Shown here: piece after piece, positions 22,676-35,870 of the stretch | Layout: every line of letters starts with the position of its first letter | How positions within the stretch are numbered: position 1 is the stretch's first letter | Source of the DNA: Felis catus | Taxonomy: Eukaryota | Length of the DNA: 64,000 bases | Direction of reading: 5' to 3' | NCBI RefSeq assembly: GCF_018350175.1 | Contig: NC_058368.1 | Span: 95,916,001-95,980,000, forward strand | Translations under genes and position numbers: made by a program | Notes under the pieces: model-generated | What the model was told of the DNA's origin: nothing | What the model saw: only the letters and a program-made list of their open reading frames with translations | Database searches by the model: none

Positions 22676-25600
22676 AAGGTGGTCACATAGATCATTCCTG
22701 ACTTTGCTCCCCCTCCCAACAACTAACAACTATTGATGAATAAGACACTACTGAGAAACTCCTAGAACACAAAGATGAGGCTGAAGCACCCCCCTGTAGC
22801 CTGCGATAGACTACACTAGAAGGTAAGAGGGGTGGCTGCATGTGGACCACATTGCCTGTGTCCCAGGCCATTGCAGCACTACATGGAGAAATTCCCTTGA
22901 GATTCCCTAGAGCTTTGCAGAGGAATATGTGGGGCCCAGCCACTGGGAGTCTGACAGTGATGGAGGAGGAGGTAGGGGCTTGAAATCAACAGCAAGATCT
23001 TGGCAGACTGAGGTCAGACCTGCAGTGCCCAAGTAGCAAACCCAATAGGGCCTTTACTCATCTCCAGAAGGAAGTCAAGCGTGCACTCTGCCCAGGACGC
23101 TTGGTGGGATGCATATTTGCCCGATCTAGATCCTCATAGGAGGATTTCTGCTGACCCTCAAATCTCTTTTATCCACACCCAGGCATGGAGCCCAATCATA
23201 GCCCCCACCTGCTATGGAGAGGGCCTTCCAGCCCCATTTGACCAGAATGTCTGGAATCTGGAATTTGTGGGACCCAGTGGTGCTTGAGCTGACAAGTGGG
23301 CAGGCTCAGCTGATTGTCTCCAGAGTGAAGCCAGGACTGGGCACACAGGCTTCCTGTGCATAGCATAGGGGGATTCCTTCATAGCCATGGCTGGGGGTAC
23401 TTCCGGGCCCCTCCTAACTGGAGAGCCTGTTGTGGAAATTAAGAGTAGAGTAGAACAATCCCTCACCCTCAAACCAGGCAAGAAGGGCACCAGAACATTC
23501 CTGTAAATTTTGCTCCTTGGCAGCACTTGACCCAAGAGAAGGACAGACAGAGCTGGTAGTTTGTAGAGCAAAGCTAGGGACTCTTTCAATCAGATACCTT
23601 GGGGTGTGGGTTGACTTGAGTCAAGACAACAACAACAAAAAGAGCTTTACAAGTTTTAGGGCTGATTCACCTGCTGCACCCAAGCAGGGAATCTAATGCA
23701 ACACCCTAGTCATTGCTGAATACAGCCTTGAGCCTGTCCAACCAGGAAACTAACCAGAGCACAAGGGAAGCTATGTAGTGCCTTCAACAGCCTTACATAC
23801 AGTGGCCCTTGAATGGAGAGCACAGCCTGTGGCTTCCTCCATTGGCAGAGTAAAACAGGTGGCCTCACCTGACCAGGGATTTCAGTGCATTTTCAGGTCT
23901 GGTGTTGGTCCCCAGTCAATCATCTATATAGTCCCTGGGCCTTGGCCTGCTGCCCTGTTATTGTAGGAACATCTGTTATTGAAGATAGTACCCCATCCTG
24001 ACTGTTTTGTAAGCCCAACCAGAGAACCTAGGAAACCATGGGGCCTCTCCTGTAGCCTTATTTGAGTAGGTAACCAAGCTAGCAATTGAATCCAGCTGTT
24101 CTCAGCCAGTGGCATATCCTCTCATCTCCATCTTCAGAGCACGATCAGCTGCCTCACCCCAAAATAGACCATGACAACAGGTCCCACCTGCCGAAGTAGA
24201 CACACCCAAAACCTAAACTGAGCTCACTGGTGAAGAACTGTCTCTGACGAAGCAAACCTGTAAAATCTGGAAGAGGAGTGCCATTACTCAAGCGCACACA
24301 TCCTCACATAAAGAATCAAGGGTCATGAAAATAAGTAAATACGACACCACTAAAAGATACTAATAAAGCTCCAACAACTGATCCTAAAGAAAGGGAGACC
24401 TATGAACTGTCATACACAAAGAATTCAGCATAGTCCTCTTAAGGCAGTTTAGTGAGCTACAAGAAAACACAGATAACTGACTGAAATTAAGAAAACAATG
24501 CATAAACAAAACAAGACCTTTGATAAGGAAACAGCAACCTTCAAGAACAAAATCAAAAATGGAAATCCAAGAGTTTAAAAAAATACAACAACTGAACTAA
24601 AGAATTTAATAGAGTTTCAAAATTAGACTTGACCATGCCAGAGGAAGAATCAGTGACTGAGAAGAGAGAACATTGGAAATGACCCAGGCTGAGGAGCAAA
24701 AAGAAAAAAAAAAAAAAAAAAAAAGAGAGTAAAGAAAGTTAAGAGCCACAAAAGAAAAGAGAGAAGTTATATAAAAGAGACCTCCCATAAGATTACTGGA
24801 AGACTCTCAACAGAAACTTTTCAGACCAGGAGACTGGGTTGACATACTCAAAAATACTGAAAAATACTGTCAACCAAGAATTAGATACCAAGATTAGTAT
24901 TATTTCCTTCAAAAATACAGCCTTTCCCAAAAGCTGAAGATATTATCACCAGACCTGCCTTATAAGAAATCTTAAAATGAGTTCTTAAAGCAGAAGTAAA
25001 AGAATGTTATTTAACATAAAAAAAAAAAGAAAATAGTAGTGTAAATTTCCCTGGTAATGGTAAATACATAGTGATAGTTAGAATTTACGATATGGTAATA
25101 GCTGTGTATAACTCACTTTAATTGACAAGTCAAAAAAAAAAAAAAAAGACAACAGCAAAAATGCCCATAAATAGAATAACCTGTTATTAGATACACAATA
25201 TAAAAATTATGTAAGTTGTATCAGCAATAACCTAATATGTAAGGGGAGAAGAGTAAAACTATGTGAATTTCATTGAAGTTAAATTGTTATCCATTTAAAA
25301 CAGGGTGTCCTTAGTTTAAGAGGTTTTAGGTAAGCGCACATTTACCACAAGGGAAAATCTTGTATTAATTACAGGGAAGAACACAGTAGAGAAGTCAAAA
25401 ATACTGATACCAAAAGTCATCAAAACACACACAAAAAGATAACAGATCCAAAACAAAACAAAGTGGATCTGCAAAACAACCAGAAAACAAGTAGCAGGGT
25501 GGCAATTGTAAACCCTTACCTGTCAACAATTATTTTAAATGTAAACAGATTAACTTCTCCAATCAAAAGATTGAAAACGTCTGAATGTATTAAAGAAGAT

Positions 25601-27510
25601 CCAACAGTATGCTGCCTATAAGAGGTTCACTTGAGCATTAAAGACACACACAGGTTGAGAGTGATTGGATAGAATAAGATGTTTCAAGCATATCTTTTTT
25701 TTTTTTGAGAACATATTTATTTTTGACAGAGAGACAGAGCATGAGTGGGGGAGGGGCAGAGAGAGAGGGAGACAGAATATGAAGCAGGCTCCAGGCTCTA
25801 AGCTGTCAGCACAGAACCTGACACGGGGCTTAAACTCATAAGCTGTGAAGTCATGACCTGGGCCAAAGTTGGACGCTCAACCGACTGAGCCACCCAGGCG
25901 CCACCCCCCCACCTTTTTTTTTTTTTTTTTTAGAGTCAAGCCAATCTTTGAAAACAACAACAAAAAGCAGAGGTAGCTATACTTATATCAGATGAAATAG
26001 ATTGTAAACTAAGAATGGTAAAAAAGAGACAAAAGAGGCCATTAGATAATGATAAAGGGGTCAATCCATGGAGAAGATAGAACAATTTTAATAGTTATGT
26101 GCCTAACATTGGAGTACCTAAACATACAAAGCAAAAGCTAAGAGGTAAAGGAGAAATAAACAATAATCCTAATTGTTGGGCATTTTTAACACCCCACTCT
26201 TAACAGTGGACAAATCATCCAGACAGAAAATCAATAAGGAAACCACAGATCTAAACGGTAGTATAGACCAAATGGACCTTACAGACATAAAACGTTCTAT
26301 CAACAAAAGCAGAATGCACTTTCTCTTCAAATACACATGGTACGTTTTCTAGGATAGACCATATGTTAGTCCACAAAATAAATCTTAGCAAGTTCAAGAA
26401 GATTGAAATCATACCAAGTATCCTTTTCTGATCACAGTGGCTTGAAACTAGAAATCAGTAACTATAGGAAAATTTGAAAATTCATGAGCACATGGAAATC
26501 AAATAATACTCTCCGAACAACCAATGGGTCAAAGAAGAAATTAAAGGAGAATAAAAATGTTTCTTGAAAAGAGATGGAAACAGCAGAACTTAGGGAGGCA
26601 GCAAATGTAGTTCTAGAGAGATTCATAGCAAGAAATGCCTTTATTAAGAAGGAAGAAAGAACTCAAATAAACAACCTGTTTATGGCTTAAAAAACTAGGA
26701 AAAGAAGAACAAACTGAACCCAAAGTTTTCAGAAGAAAGGAAACAGTAAAGATTAGAATATAACTAAATGAAATAGCAAACAGAAAAACTACAGAAAAAA
26801 ATTAACCAAACTAAGATTTGGTTCTTGGAAAAGAGGAACAAAATTGACAAATTAGCTAGACCAACCAAGGAAAAAAGTGAAAGGATCCACATCAATAAAA
26901 TTATAAATAAGAAAAGAGACAACTGATAGTACAGAAATCCAAAGGCTTGGAAGAGGCTACTATGAACAACTATATGCAAGCAAACTGGACAACCTAGAAG
27001 AAATGGAAAAATTCGCAGAAACCTACAACTCCCCATGATTGAATTAGGAAAAAAATAGAAAATCTGAGTAGACTGATTACTAGTAAGATGATTGAATCAG
27101 CAATCAAAAACTTTCCCCGAAGAAAAGCCCAGGATCAGATGGCTTCAATGATAAATGTTACTGAACATGTAAAGAATTAGCACTAGTCCTTCTCAGACTC
27201 TTCCAAAAAGTGAAAGAGGAGAGAATACTATCAAATACACTTTATGAGGCTGGAGCTCTCCTGATTAAAAAACTGAAAAAGGACAATGCTAAAAAACTAT
27301 AGGCAAATATCCTTGATGAATATAGAGGCAAAAATCGTCAATGAATGCTACCAATCCAAATTCAGCAGCACATTAAAAGGGATCAATCACCATGATTAAG
27401 TGGGATTTGTCCCTGGGATGCAAAATTGGTTTAATATATGTAAATCAATCAGTGTGACACGTCACATTAATAGAATGAAAGCAAATCATAAGATCATCTC
27501 AGTAGATGCA
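22676..27510 (+). mobile_element. LINE-1 5' half (5'UTR, decayed ORF1, ORF2 endonuclease to early RT), 3'-truncated
   Basis: ORF2 N-terminus near 25499 reads ~'VNPYLSTIILNVNRLTSPIKR...DPTVCCL*EVHL' (APE endonuclease); 27298-27510 reads RT-like 'YRQISLMNIEAK...[18 protein letters not shown]...IISVDA'; many stops and frameshifts. Confidence 0.92.
25698..25902 (-). mobile_element. Can-SINE inserted in the L1 endonuclease region
   Basis: Antisense body; TSD tcaagc(at/ca)atcttt at 25684-25697 / 25936-25949. Confidence 0.93.
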
Positions 27511-28303
27511 TACTGATTTATTTTCTATCCCCAAAGCTTGACATTTCTTTTAAACCATATTACAGAAACAGAATCATACTGTATGTAGTCTGTTGTGCCT
27601 GGATCCTTTCCCTTAACATTACTTCTTTGTGATTCTTCTGGTATGAACATACGAACAGTTTTTGGTATTGCTGAGTAGTATTCTCTTATTGGGCTGTAAC
27701 CTAAATGTGTTTGTTCTGTCACCAACTGAGGGATATTTGGGTTGTTCCTAGTTCCGGACTCTTTTAAATAAGCTGCTATTAAACATTTGCATGCAGATAC
27801 TTGTGTGAACATATGTTTTCATTTCTTTTAAATAAACACCTGGAAGTTGAAGAGCTGGGTCATATGGAAAGTGTGTATTTAACTTGATAAGAAATTGATA
27901 TACTGATTTCCAAGTGGAAATTTTACATTCCCACTTACAGTATACGAGTCCCATTGGCTAAACATTTACATCATCATTTGCTCACGTCAAGATTTTTAGT
28001 TTTAGTCATTCTAATGTTTACTAATACATTGTTAGAGATTTTATTTACATTTTCTTGATAGCTGATACATTTGAATGTCACTGTCATGCACTTTATGAGC
28101 CATTTATTTATTGTGTGTGTTCAAATGTCGCAACCAATTTTTTGTCCTTTTTGTATTAGCAAGTGTACATTCTTATATTCAGCAGTAAATGCTCTTTTTC
28201 TGTTGTGGCTATAAGTCCTTTCATTAGACATATTTTTTGCAAATGTTTTCTCCCGCTCCTTGTATTTTCATTTCCTAACAGTATCTTTGAGAACGGACAT
28301 TTT

Positions 28304-28490
28304 GTGGGGGGTGGGGAGTGAAAGAGAGGGAGAGAGAGAGACTGCACATGAGTTGGGGAGGGGCAGAAGGAGAGGGAGAATCATACACCCAGTGTGGAGC
28401 CCACGTGGGGCTCCATCTTGTGACCTTGAGATCATGACCTGAGCTGAAATCAAGAGTTGGACATTTAACTGACTGAGCCATCCAGGCGCC
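28304..28490 (-). mobile_element. Can-SINE
   Basis: TSD ttgagaac(g/a)gacatttt (28287-28303 / 28491-28507). Confidence 0.9.
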
Positions 28491-28711
28491 TTGAGAACAG
28501 ACATTTTTTTTTTATTTCTGTGTAGTCTGAATTATTTAATTTTCTTCTTTTTTGGTTGTGCTTTTGGCATCACATCTAAGACATAATTTGTTGTAATAAG
28601 TATTTTTCAGTGTTTTTTTTGTCTCTATATTTTATATATCCAAGACTTAAACTTTTGTCTATAATCATTTTGAGTTAAAATTTGTGTAGGGTATTAGGTA
28701 AAGATCAAGGC

Positions 28712-28714
<3 letters not shown>

Positions 28715-28757
<43 letters not shown>

Positions 28758-28782
28758 GTGTATATATATATGTATATGTATA

Positions 28783-28826
<44 letters not shown>

Positions 28827-28845
28827 CATACAAACACATATATAG
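28715..28845. repeat. (TA)n/(TATG)n compound microsatellite
   Basis: Directly visible. Confidence 0.95.
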
Positions 28846-29691
28846 ATGCCCAATATTTTTAGTATCATGTTGAAAATACTTTTTTTCTTTATTGAATTGA
28901 TTTGGCACCATATATGCATGTATATGTGAGTATATTTCTATTTTGTTCCATTTTCAGATCTATGAGTCTTTCTGTCTATCTCTCTTTCTCTCTTTCTCTC
29001 ACTCATCCAGCATATAAGACCTGTAACATTTACTGATTACTATAGTTTTGTAGTACGTCCTGACATCAGGTAGTAGTATCCAGCTTTGTTCTTCAAAATC
29101 ATGTTTTTTGCAATTTTACATCCTTTGCTTTTCAATACAATTTTCAGTCAGCTTCTAAATTCATGTAATATAAAAATATTCCTAGAATTTCGGTAAAAAT
29201 TTGTTGAATTTCCCAGTCGGTAGATACAAAGAGAAAACCTTAATAATAATGAGACTTCTGATGATAAATATGGGTTACTTTCTGTATTTGCATGATTTTT
29301 GTCAACAATGTCTTGCAGTTTTCAGTGTGCAGATCCTGCATATATTTTGTTAAACTGGCCCTTAAGCATTTCATGCTTATTGATGAAACACTGAAAGCAT
29401 ATTGTTTTTAAAAATTAAAGTTACCTATTTTACTTGCCAATAAATAAAAATGCAGTTGATTTTTGTATCTTGATTTGTATTCTGTGACCTTCATAAATTC
29501 ACTTATTCAAGTGACTCTTTGCTTGATTTTTTGGAATTTTCTATGTAGAGGGTATATTGCTATCAAATTACTTGTCCTTTCCAATATATGTGGTCTGCAT
29601 TTATCTTCCTTTTCTAAATGATTTTTTAAAATATAATAGGGAATATTGGTATAAATTGTTTATCTTGGAAATAAAGGCATTCTTAGCATTC

Positions 29692-29980
29692 TGTGTGTAT
29701 GTATGTGTGTGTATATATATATATATATGTATAGTGCATATATACAATGTACATGCACATTATATAATACAGTGCATATTTTATATAATGTATACATTCA
29801 TAGGGCACATTTTATATAATGTATATATGTGTATGCATACATAATGCACATTTTATATAACATTTATATGTATATACATATGTATACGTAATGCTATATA
29901 TGTATGCTCTGTCTCTATAACATTATATAATACATTATACATTATATATGATGTATATATGTATATGTACATATATAATT
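29692..29980. repeat. TA-rich low-complexity repeat with degenerate 'gcacattttatataa' units
   Basis: Directly visible; the unit recurs about 4 times in 29755-29860. Confidence 0.8.
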
Positions 29981-30779
29981 GAAAAAATAAATAAAATATG
30001 TATCCCTTTAAATTTGTGTAGTTTACTGTATATTAATTCCATCTTTATAAATAAGTTTATAAAATACATGATGTCATGAAAAAACTAAAAATAAAAAATA
30101 CACAATGTCGTGTTTAATTAATAATAGTAACCTTACTGACTGTGTCACCATAGATTAGTTTATATTTTCTATACAGTTTTATATAAATGACGACACGGCA
30201 TACACTATTTTTCTTTGTTTTCCTTCACTCATTATAATTACTTTAAGTTTCACCCATGCTGCTACATGTGTTATTACTACTCAGCATTCCATTGTATGAA
30301 CATACCAGCTTGTTTATTCATTTACCTGCTGATTAACATTTGCGTTGCTTCCAGTTTGGGGCTATTACACATAAAACTACTATAACTATTTAAACACAAA
30401 TCTTGGAATTCACATATACTTCCTTTTATCTTAGGTAAATTCCTAGGAGTGGAATGGCTTGGTCATACCTTAGGTGAGTACTTAACTTTTTAAGAAACTA
30501 TGAAACTGTTTTCCAAAGTGGATGTATCATTCAGTGTGCCCCACTAAACACAGATGAGAGATTTAATTGCTTCACATATATACCAGTGCTTGTGTGATCT
30601 GTCTTTTTTATTGTCGCCATGCAGTTGGGTCTATTTCATTGTGGTTTTGATTTGTGTTTCTCAAGGGTTGCATGGGCTTCTTGGCTGTGTGTGTATCTGT
30701 TCAGTAACATGTCCCTTCATATCTTTTGCCTTGTTTCTATCTGGATCACTTGTTCCTTCCTGTTGGGTGTTGAGAGTTG

Positions 30780-31112
30780 TTTTTTTAAATTAAGATAAAA
30801 TTTAAATAGAATATACTAGTTTTAGGTGTAGAACATAATTCACAATATGTATCTATTGTGAAATGAGCACCACAGCATGTCTAGTTGATATCAATCACCA
30901 TGTAGTTAAAAGTTTCTGTGTCTTCTGACAAGAACTTCTAAGATCTGCTTTGTAAGCAACTTACAAATATACAATGCAGTGCTATTAACTATAGTCAGTA
31001 TGCTGTACATTTATATCTGCATGACATTTATTTTATAACTGGAAGTTTGTACTTTTTGACCATCTTTACTCATTTCCCCATCAATCTTCCCCCCCCCCAC
31101 CCCCCACCACCA
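30780..31112 (-). mobile_element. LINE-1 3' end (L1MA9/10-like) nested in older L1
   Basis: 'agcaacttacaaatatacaatgcagtgctattaactatagtc...ttttataactggaagtttgtactttttgacc'. Confidence 0.75.
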
Positions 31113-32147
31113 AACTTTGAAGTTTCTGGAACCTCTAGTACAAGTTTAATGAAAAAGGGTAAGACTGAACATGTTTGTCTGCTTTTTTTTTAGTCATAGA
31201 GGTAAAGAATTGCATCTTTCACCACTAAGTAAAATGTTTTCTTGTTGGTTTTTCATAGATGATGTTTATTAGTCTGAGGAAGCGTCCAGTTTGCTGAGAA
31301 TTTTATCATGAATAAAATTTTAATTTTTTTCAAATGCATTTTCTGTCTCTTAAAATGCATGATTTTGTAGTTTGTTGTAGTGTGTAGTTATTGGTGAATC
31401 ATACTGATTGATTTTCAAGTGTTAAAAAATTCTTTCATTCCTGGATGAAGCTACCAATGTGTTGGGTCGTATGTTGTTGGGCTTAGATGTTTTGTTAAAG
31501 ATTTTGAGCCTATGTTATAAGAGATATTGGTCTGTAGTTTTCTTGGAATCTCTTTATTATATCAGGATGATGTGGTCTCCTGAAATGTGGTAGAAACCAT
31601 GATGTTATCTTGTATTTTTGAGAACAGTTTGTGTATAATTGGTGTTTAATCCTTAAATGTTTGTTAGAATTTACCATAATAGACACAGTGCTATACTCTT
31701 TTTCTCCCTGATGACTAGTAAGCTATATTTTTCTTTATCAATCTGCCTAGAATTTTACCATTTACACAAATTGAAAAAAAAACATTTTTGTTGTATTTAC
31801 TTTTTTCTTTGGTTGTATCTATTTTATTCATTTTTGCATTTTATTATTTCCTTTCTTCTATCTGCATTTTGATTAATTTGCTCCTCTCTTTCCAGTTTAT
31901 TATATTAGAATAATGGCATCATTATTCTGAGAACTTTCTTATCTTTTACTGTAAGCATTTACTGCTATAAATTTGAATATAAGTATTGTTTTACCTATGT
32001 TCTACTAGTTTTAGTGTTAGGTTTTCATATCCATTCAGTTCAAGATACTGCCTAATTTGCCTTATGGTTTCTTTGCACCAGAGGCTACATAGAAACTTGT
32101 CATTGACTTTGTGATTACTTGAGTATTTTCCATACACATTGTTATTA

Positions 32148-32332
32148 AAAAAAAATTGGTGTTTATTTTTGGGGGGGGGAGGGGCAGAGAGAGAGGGAAA
32201 TAGAATCCAAAGCAGGCTCCAGTCTCCAAGTTGTCAGCACAGAGCCTGATGTGGGGCTTGAACTCATGAACTGTGAGATCATGACCTGAGCTGAAGTCAG
32301 ATGCTTAACCGACTAAGCCACCCAGCAGCCCC
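32148..32332 (-). mobile_element. Can-SINE
   Basis: Antisense body. Confidence 0.92.
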
Positions 32333-33737
32333 ATGCATATTGCCTATTTATACGGATGGTTCAGTTTTGTTCTGGTCAGATGATATAATTTTTGAAGTTT
32401 GCTCTTTGAGGTTACAGTCTATCTTCTTGAATGTTTTACGTCCCCTTGAAAAAGGGGACGTCTTGAAAAAATGACTGATTCTGATGTTGTGTTAGATGTT
32501 TTTTAAGAATCAATTCATTGTTTTACTTTGGTAAAATTCCTTGTTTTAAAGTATACTTTCCTGATATTTGTAAAGCCACTACAATTTCCTTTTCATTATT
32601 ATTTTCATTTTCTGTCATCTTTTAACAGCATATAATTGGATATGGCTTTGTTACTTGCATTTACAGTCTCAAGCTTTTATTGCAGTATTTAGATAAAATA
32701 CATATAAAGCAATTATTGATATGTTAGGACTGTCATGTCATAGTGATATGATAGCAAATATTGATATCTTGTATCTTCTTACTTTTTGTTTTTAATTTGT
32801 CCCATCTCTTTCTGTTTTAATTTCCTTTTGTTATGAGTTGTTATGAGTTGTTATGAAGTGCTAAGTGTTTTAATGTTTCTCCACTAATAGCTTACTGGTT
32901 ATACCTCCTTTTATCGCCTAAGTGATTGTTCTAGGGTTGCCAGTACATGTCTTGAGATGACAGCGATCTACCTTCAAAGAATCTTGTACTACTTGACACA
33001 TCGTGTAAGAGACTAGAATATACTTCCATTTTCCGCCATCTTCATTTATATTATTGCCGTCATATGTTTTGTACATATTACAACCCCTAAAATACATTAT
33101 TATGATTTGGTTTACACTCTGTCACATAAAGAGATCAAAAATAAGGAAAATGTAATGTCTATTTTCTTACATTTTTGCTGGGCCTGTCACTTCATTTTTT
33201 GGTGTAGTTAGAAACTTATCTGTTATCATATTCTGTTAGAATAACTTACTAACACTTATCTTAGCGTTCAGGGTTGACTGTTGTTTCTTTCAGTATTGTA
33301 TGTCATTGTGGTCTTCTGGCTTGCATACTTTCTGATGAGTTGTCTGAGGTCATTGCTGTCTTTGTTTTGCTATATGTAAAATGTTTCTAGCTTGGGCAAC
33401 TTTAGTAAAGTTTATTCGTCTTTGATTTTCGGTAGTTTGTCTATGATGTACCTGTATATGTTATTATTCCCATTATCCTGTTTTGCATTCTCTGAGGTTC
33501 TCACACCTGTGGTTTGTTGTCTTTCATTAGTTTTGTGAAGTTCTCACCCATTATCTTTTCAAGTATTTCTATGACCCTGGTCTCTTTCTCTTTTCTAGTA
33601 TTGGGACTCCAATTACACATGCATTAGACTGTTTGCTAATGGACTTGGGGATTTTGTTATCTTCTTTCCTTCACTCTCTTAGTATGTATTTTCCCTTTGG
33701 AGAATTTCTCCCAAATATATTCTATTTGTTTATTATT

Positions 33738-33935
33738 ATTTTTTAATGATTTTTTTTGAGAGACAGAGAGAGCATGAGTGGGGGAGGGGCAGACAGAGGG
33801 AGACACAGAATCTGAAGCAGGCTCCAGGCTCTGAGCTGTCAGCACAGAGCCTGACGCGGGGCTCGAACTCACGGAGTGTGAGATCATGACCTGAGCCAAA
33901 TTTGGTCGCTTAACCGACTGAACAATCCAATCGCT
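33738..33935 (-). mobile_element. Can-SINE
   Basis: Antisense body. Confidence 0.93.
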
Positions 33936-34044
33936 TGTTTACCAAAATGTATTCTAATTCATTGATTACATTTAATGTGTCCAGTCTGCAAATAAGCCTA
34001 TTAAAGGAAATTTTCAACTTTGATAGGTTAAAAAAATTTCTGTT

Positions 34045-34258
34045 GGGGCACCTGGGTGGCTCAGTCGGTTAAGTTTCCGACTTCGGCTCAGGTCATGATC
34101 TTGCGGTCCGTGAGTTCAAGCCCCGCGTTGGGCTCTGTGCTGACCGCTCAGAGCCTGGAGCCTGTTTCAAATTCTGTGTCTCCCTCTCTCTCTGACCCTT
34201 CCCTGTTCATGCTCTGTCTCTCTCTGTCTCAAAAACAAATAAACGTTAAAAAAAGTTT
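34045..34258 (+). mobile_element. Can-SINE
   Basis: Head/B box/CT tract/tail; TSD-like aaaa(a/t)tttctgt. Confidence 0.95.
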
Positions 34259-35384
34259 CAAAAATTTTCTGTCATTTTCTTTTAATGTTCCGACTGTATC
34301 CATCCTTCTTCCAGATTTCCCATCTGTTCATCCATGTTGTCCGTATTCTCGCTATATTCATAAACATACTATAGTTATTTTAAAGTCCCTGTCAGATATT
34401 GTTAATATATGGACCATCTCCAGGTCTGGTTCTCTTGACTCCTTTATCTTTTGGTGGTATGTCCTTTTTTTGGTATTTGTGTCTTCTGCAATTATTTTTC
34501 CATTAGATTTTGCAGAGTATGCAGAAAAGAGGAGTAGAAAGTGAGAACTGTAAGATTCACTTTTAGAGATCGGTATTCCTCTGCTTCTGTCAGGTTGTGT
34601 GTGGTTGAGGCAGTCTAGTCATTACTTCCTGTGTCCCTGAACCCTCAGCATTATTGTCCTTCCTCACACAGCAGCCAAACCGCCTGTCCTAGATGGGGAG
34701 TCTGGCCCAGTGGTTTTGGGACGCAAACGAATTCTTGTTCACTTCCAAGGTCAATACCACTTGGCAGTTGTGTAGGATGCTTGAAACTGGAGACTTTCTT
34801 CCCTTCTGCTAGCAGCAGCTAACCTCTGCCTTGGCAGCAAAAGGGAGGCTTTCCTGTTTTCCCTAAGAGGCAGACAGCTTTTGTTTTTACCCCTCCTTCA
34901 ATGAAAGCTCACCTATTTCTGGGATCATAGGGAAGGAAGCTTCCTTGCCCCGTACCTAGAGGAAGATAGTTTTTGCTTTGAACGAGAGAAGAGTCTTAGC
35001 CACACTAACACTTCATGCCTGTTCCTCGGGTGATCATCATCTCTAGCTTTCTCAGGAGTCCTTTCTTGCCTCCCGTTGTCCTCGTGGACACCTGCTGAAG
35101 GTTTATGAGAAAAATCTGGCAGGTGGCTAGAGAGTTCTTTTGTTACTGGGACTCTCAGGGACTATATCCTGTCATACTAGCCCATACTCTGCCTTCATGT
35201 GTCTGTTGACATTTCAGCTACGGTATTTTTTTTTTCTTATCCATTGTAATGGGTGCTATTTTTCTGTCTTGTGCTTTGCCAGTGCAAAAACAGTTGGTAC
35301 ATCCTCTCTTTCCTTGGAGGAGTTTGTCACCCTTTGAAAGTCAATTCACCTTATTGCCTTCAGACTTCAGCTCACTGATAGACT

Positions 35385-35428
35385 AAACAAAACAAAACAA
35401 AACAAAACAAAACAAAACAAAACAAAAA
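35385..35428. repeat. (AAAAC)n microsatellite
   Basis: Directly visible. Confidence 0.95.
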
Positions 35429-35528
35429 ACCGCAAAACCTAGTCCCATATCCTTTGTCTGATTTTCTTATTGTTGGAATAAGAACAATGTTCTCTTGTGG
35501 TTTTCACATTCCAAACAGAAGCAAAGCT

Positions 35529-35870
35529 GTGAATGGGTCTTTAAGAATAATCCATATTGAAAAAATGAGTACTATAATGAGATACATAACACAATGCCAT
35601 TTAAGTAAATTAAAATATTTGTGTGTTATACAATTTGCCTTTTGTAAGAGCGTATTCACATAAACAGAAACACGCTGAATGTATTAAAATTGTTGCCTGG
35701 GGTGAAGGGGAAGAAAGGGACTATAAGGGTATGAACAAATGAACCAGAGAATGCACAGATACAGTAAGGGAGAAAACTTTCATTATGCAAGGTTGATACT
35801 GTGCAATAAACTGAGGAGTTTGATAAACTCAACCCCCTGTATCTGAGATCCAGGAAGTATTAATAAACAA
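35529..35870 (+). mobile_element. Ancient L1ME-type 3' fragment (right half)
   Basis: 'aatgagatacataacacaatgccatttaagtaaattaaaa' follows the block ending at 22526 in the recalled L1ME consensus. Confidence 0.45.

Larger units (their letters stand above)
22527..35528 (-). mobile_element. Long, fragmented old antisense LINE-1 (L1M-type) hosting nested insertions
   Basis: 3' end at 22527-22675, resumes at 27511 ('tactgatttattttctatcccc...aatcatactgtatgtagtc'); antisense ORF2-like through ~33000; ORF1/5'UTR-like to ~35525. Confidence 0.65.

Noticed and set aside
25499..27510. Active or novel reverse-transcriptase/endonuclease system
   Set aside because: Ordinary LINE-1 ORF2 with stops, frameshifts and a SINE insertion.
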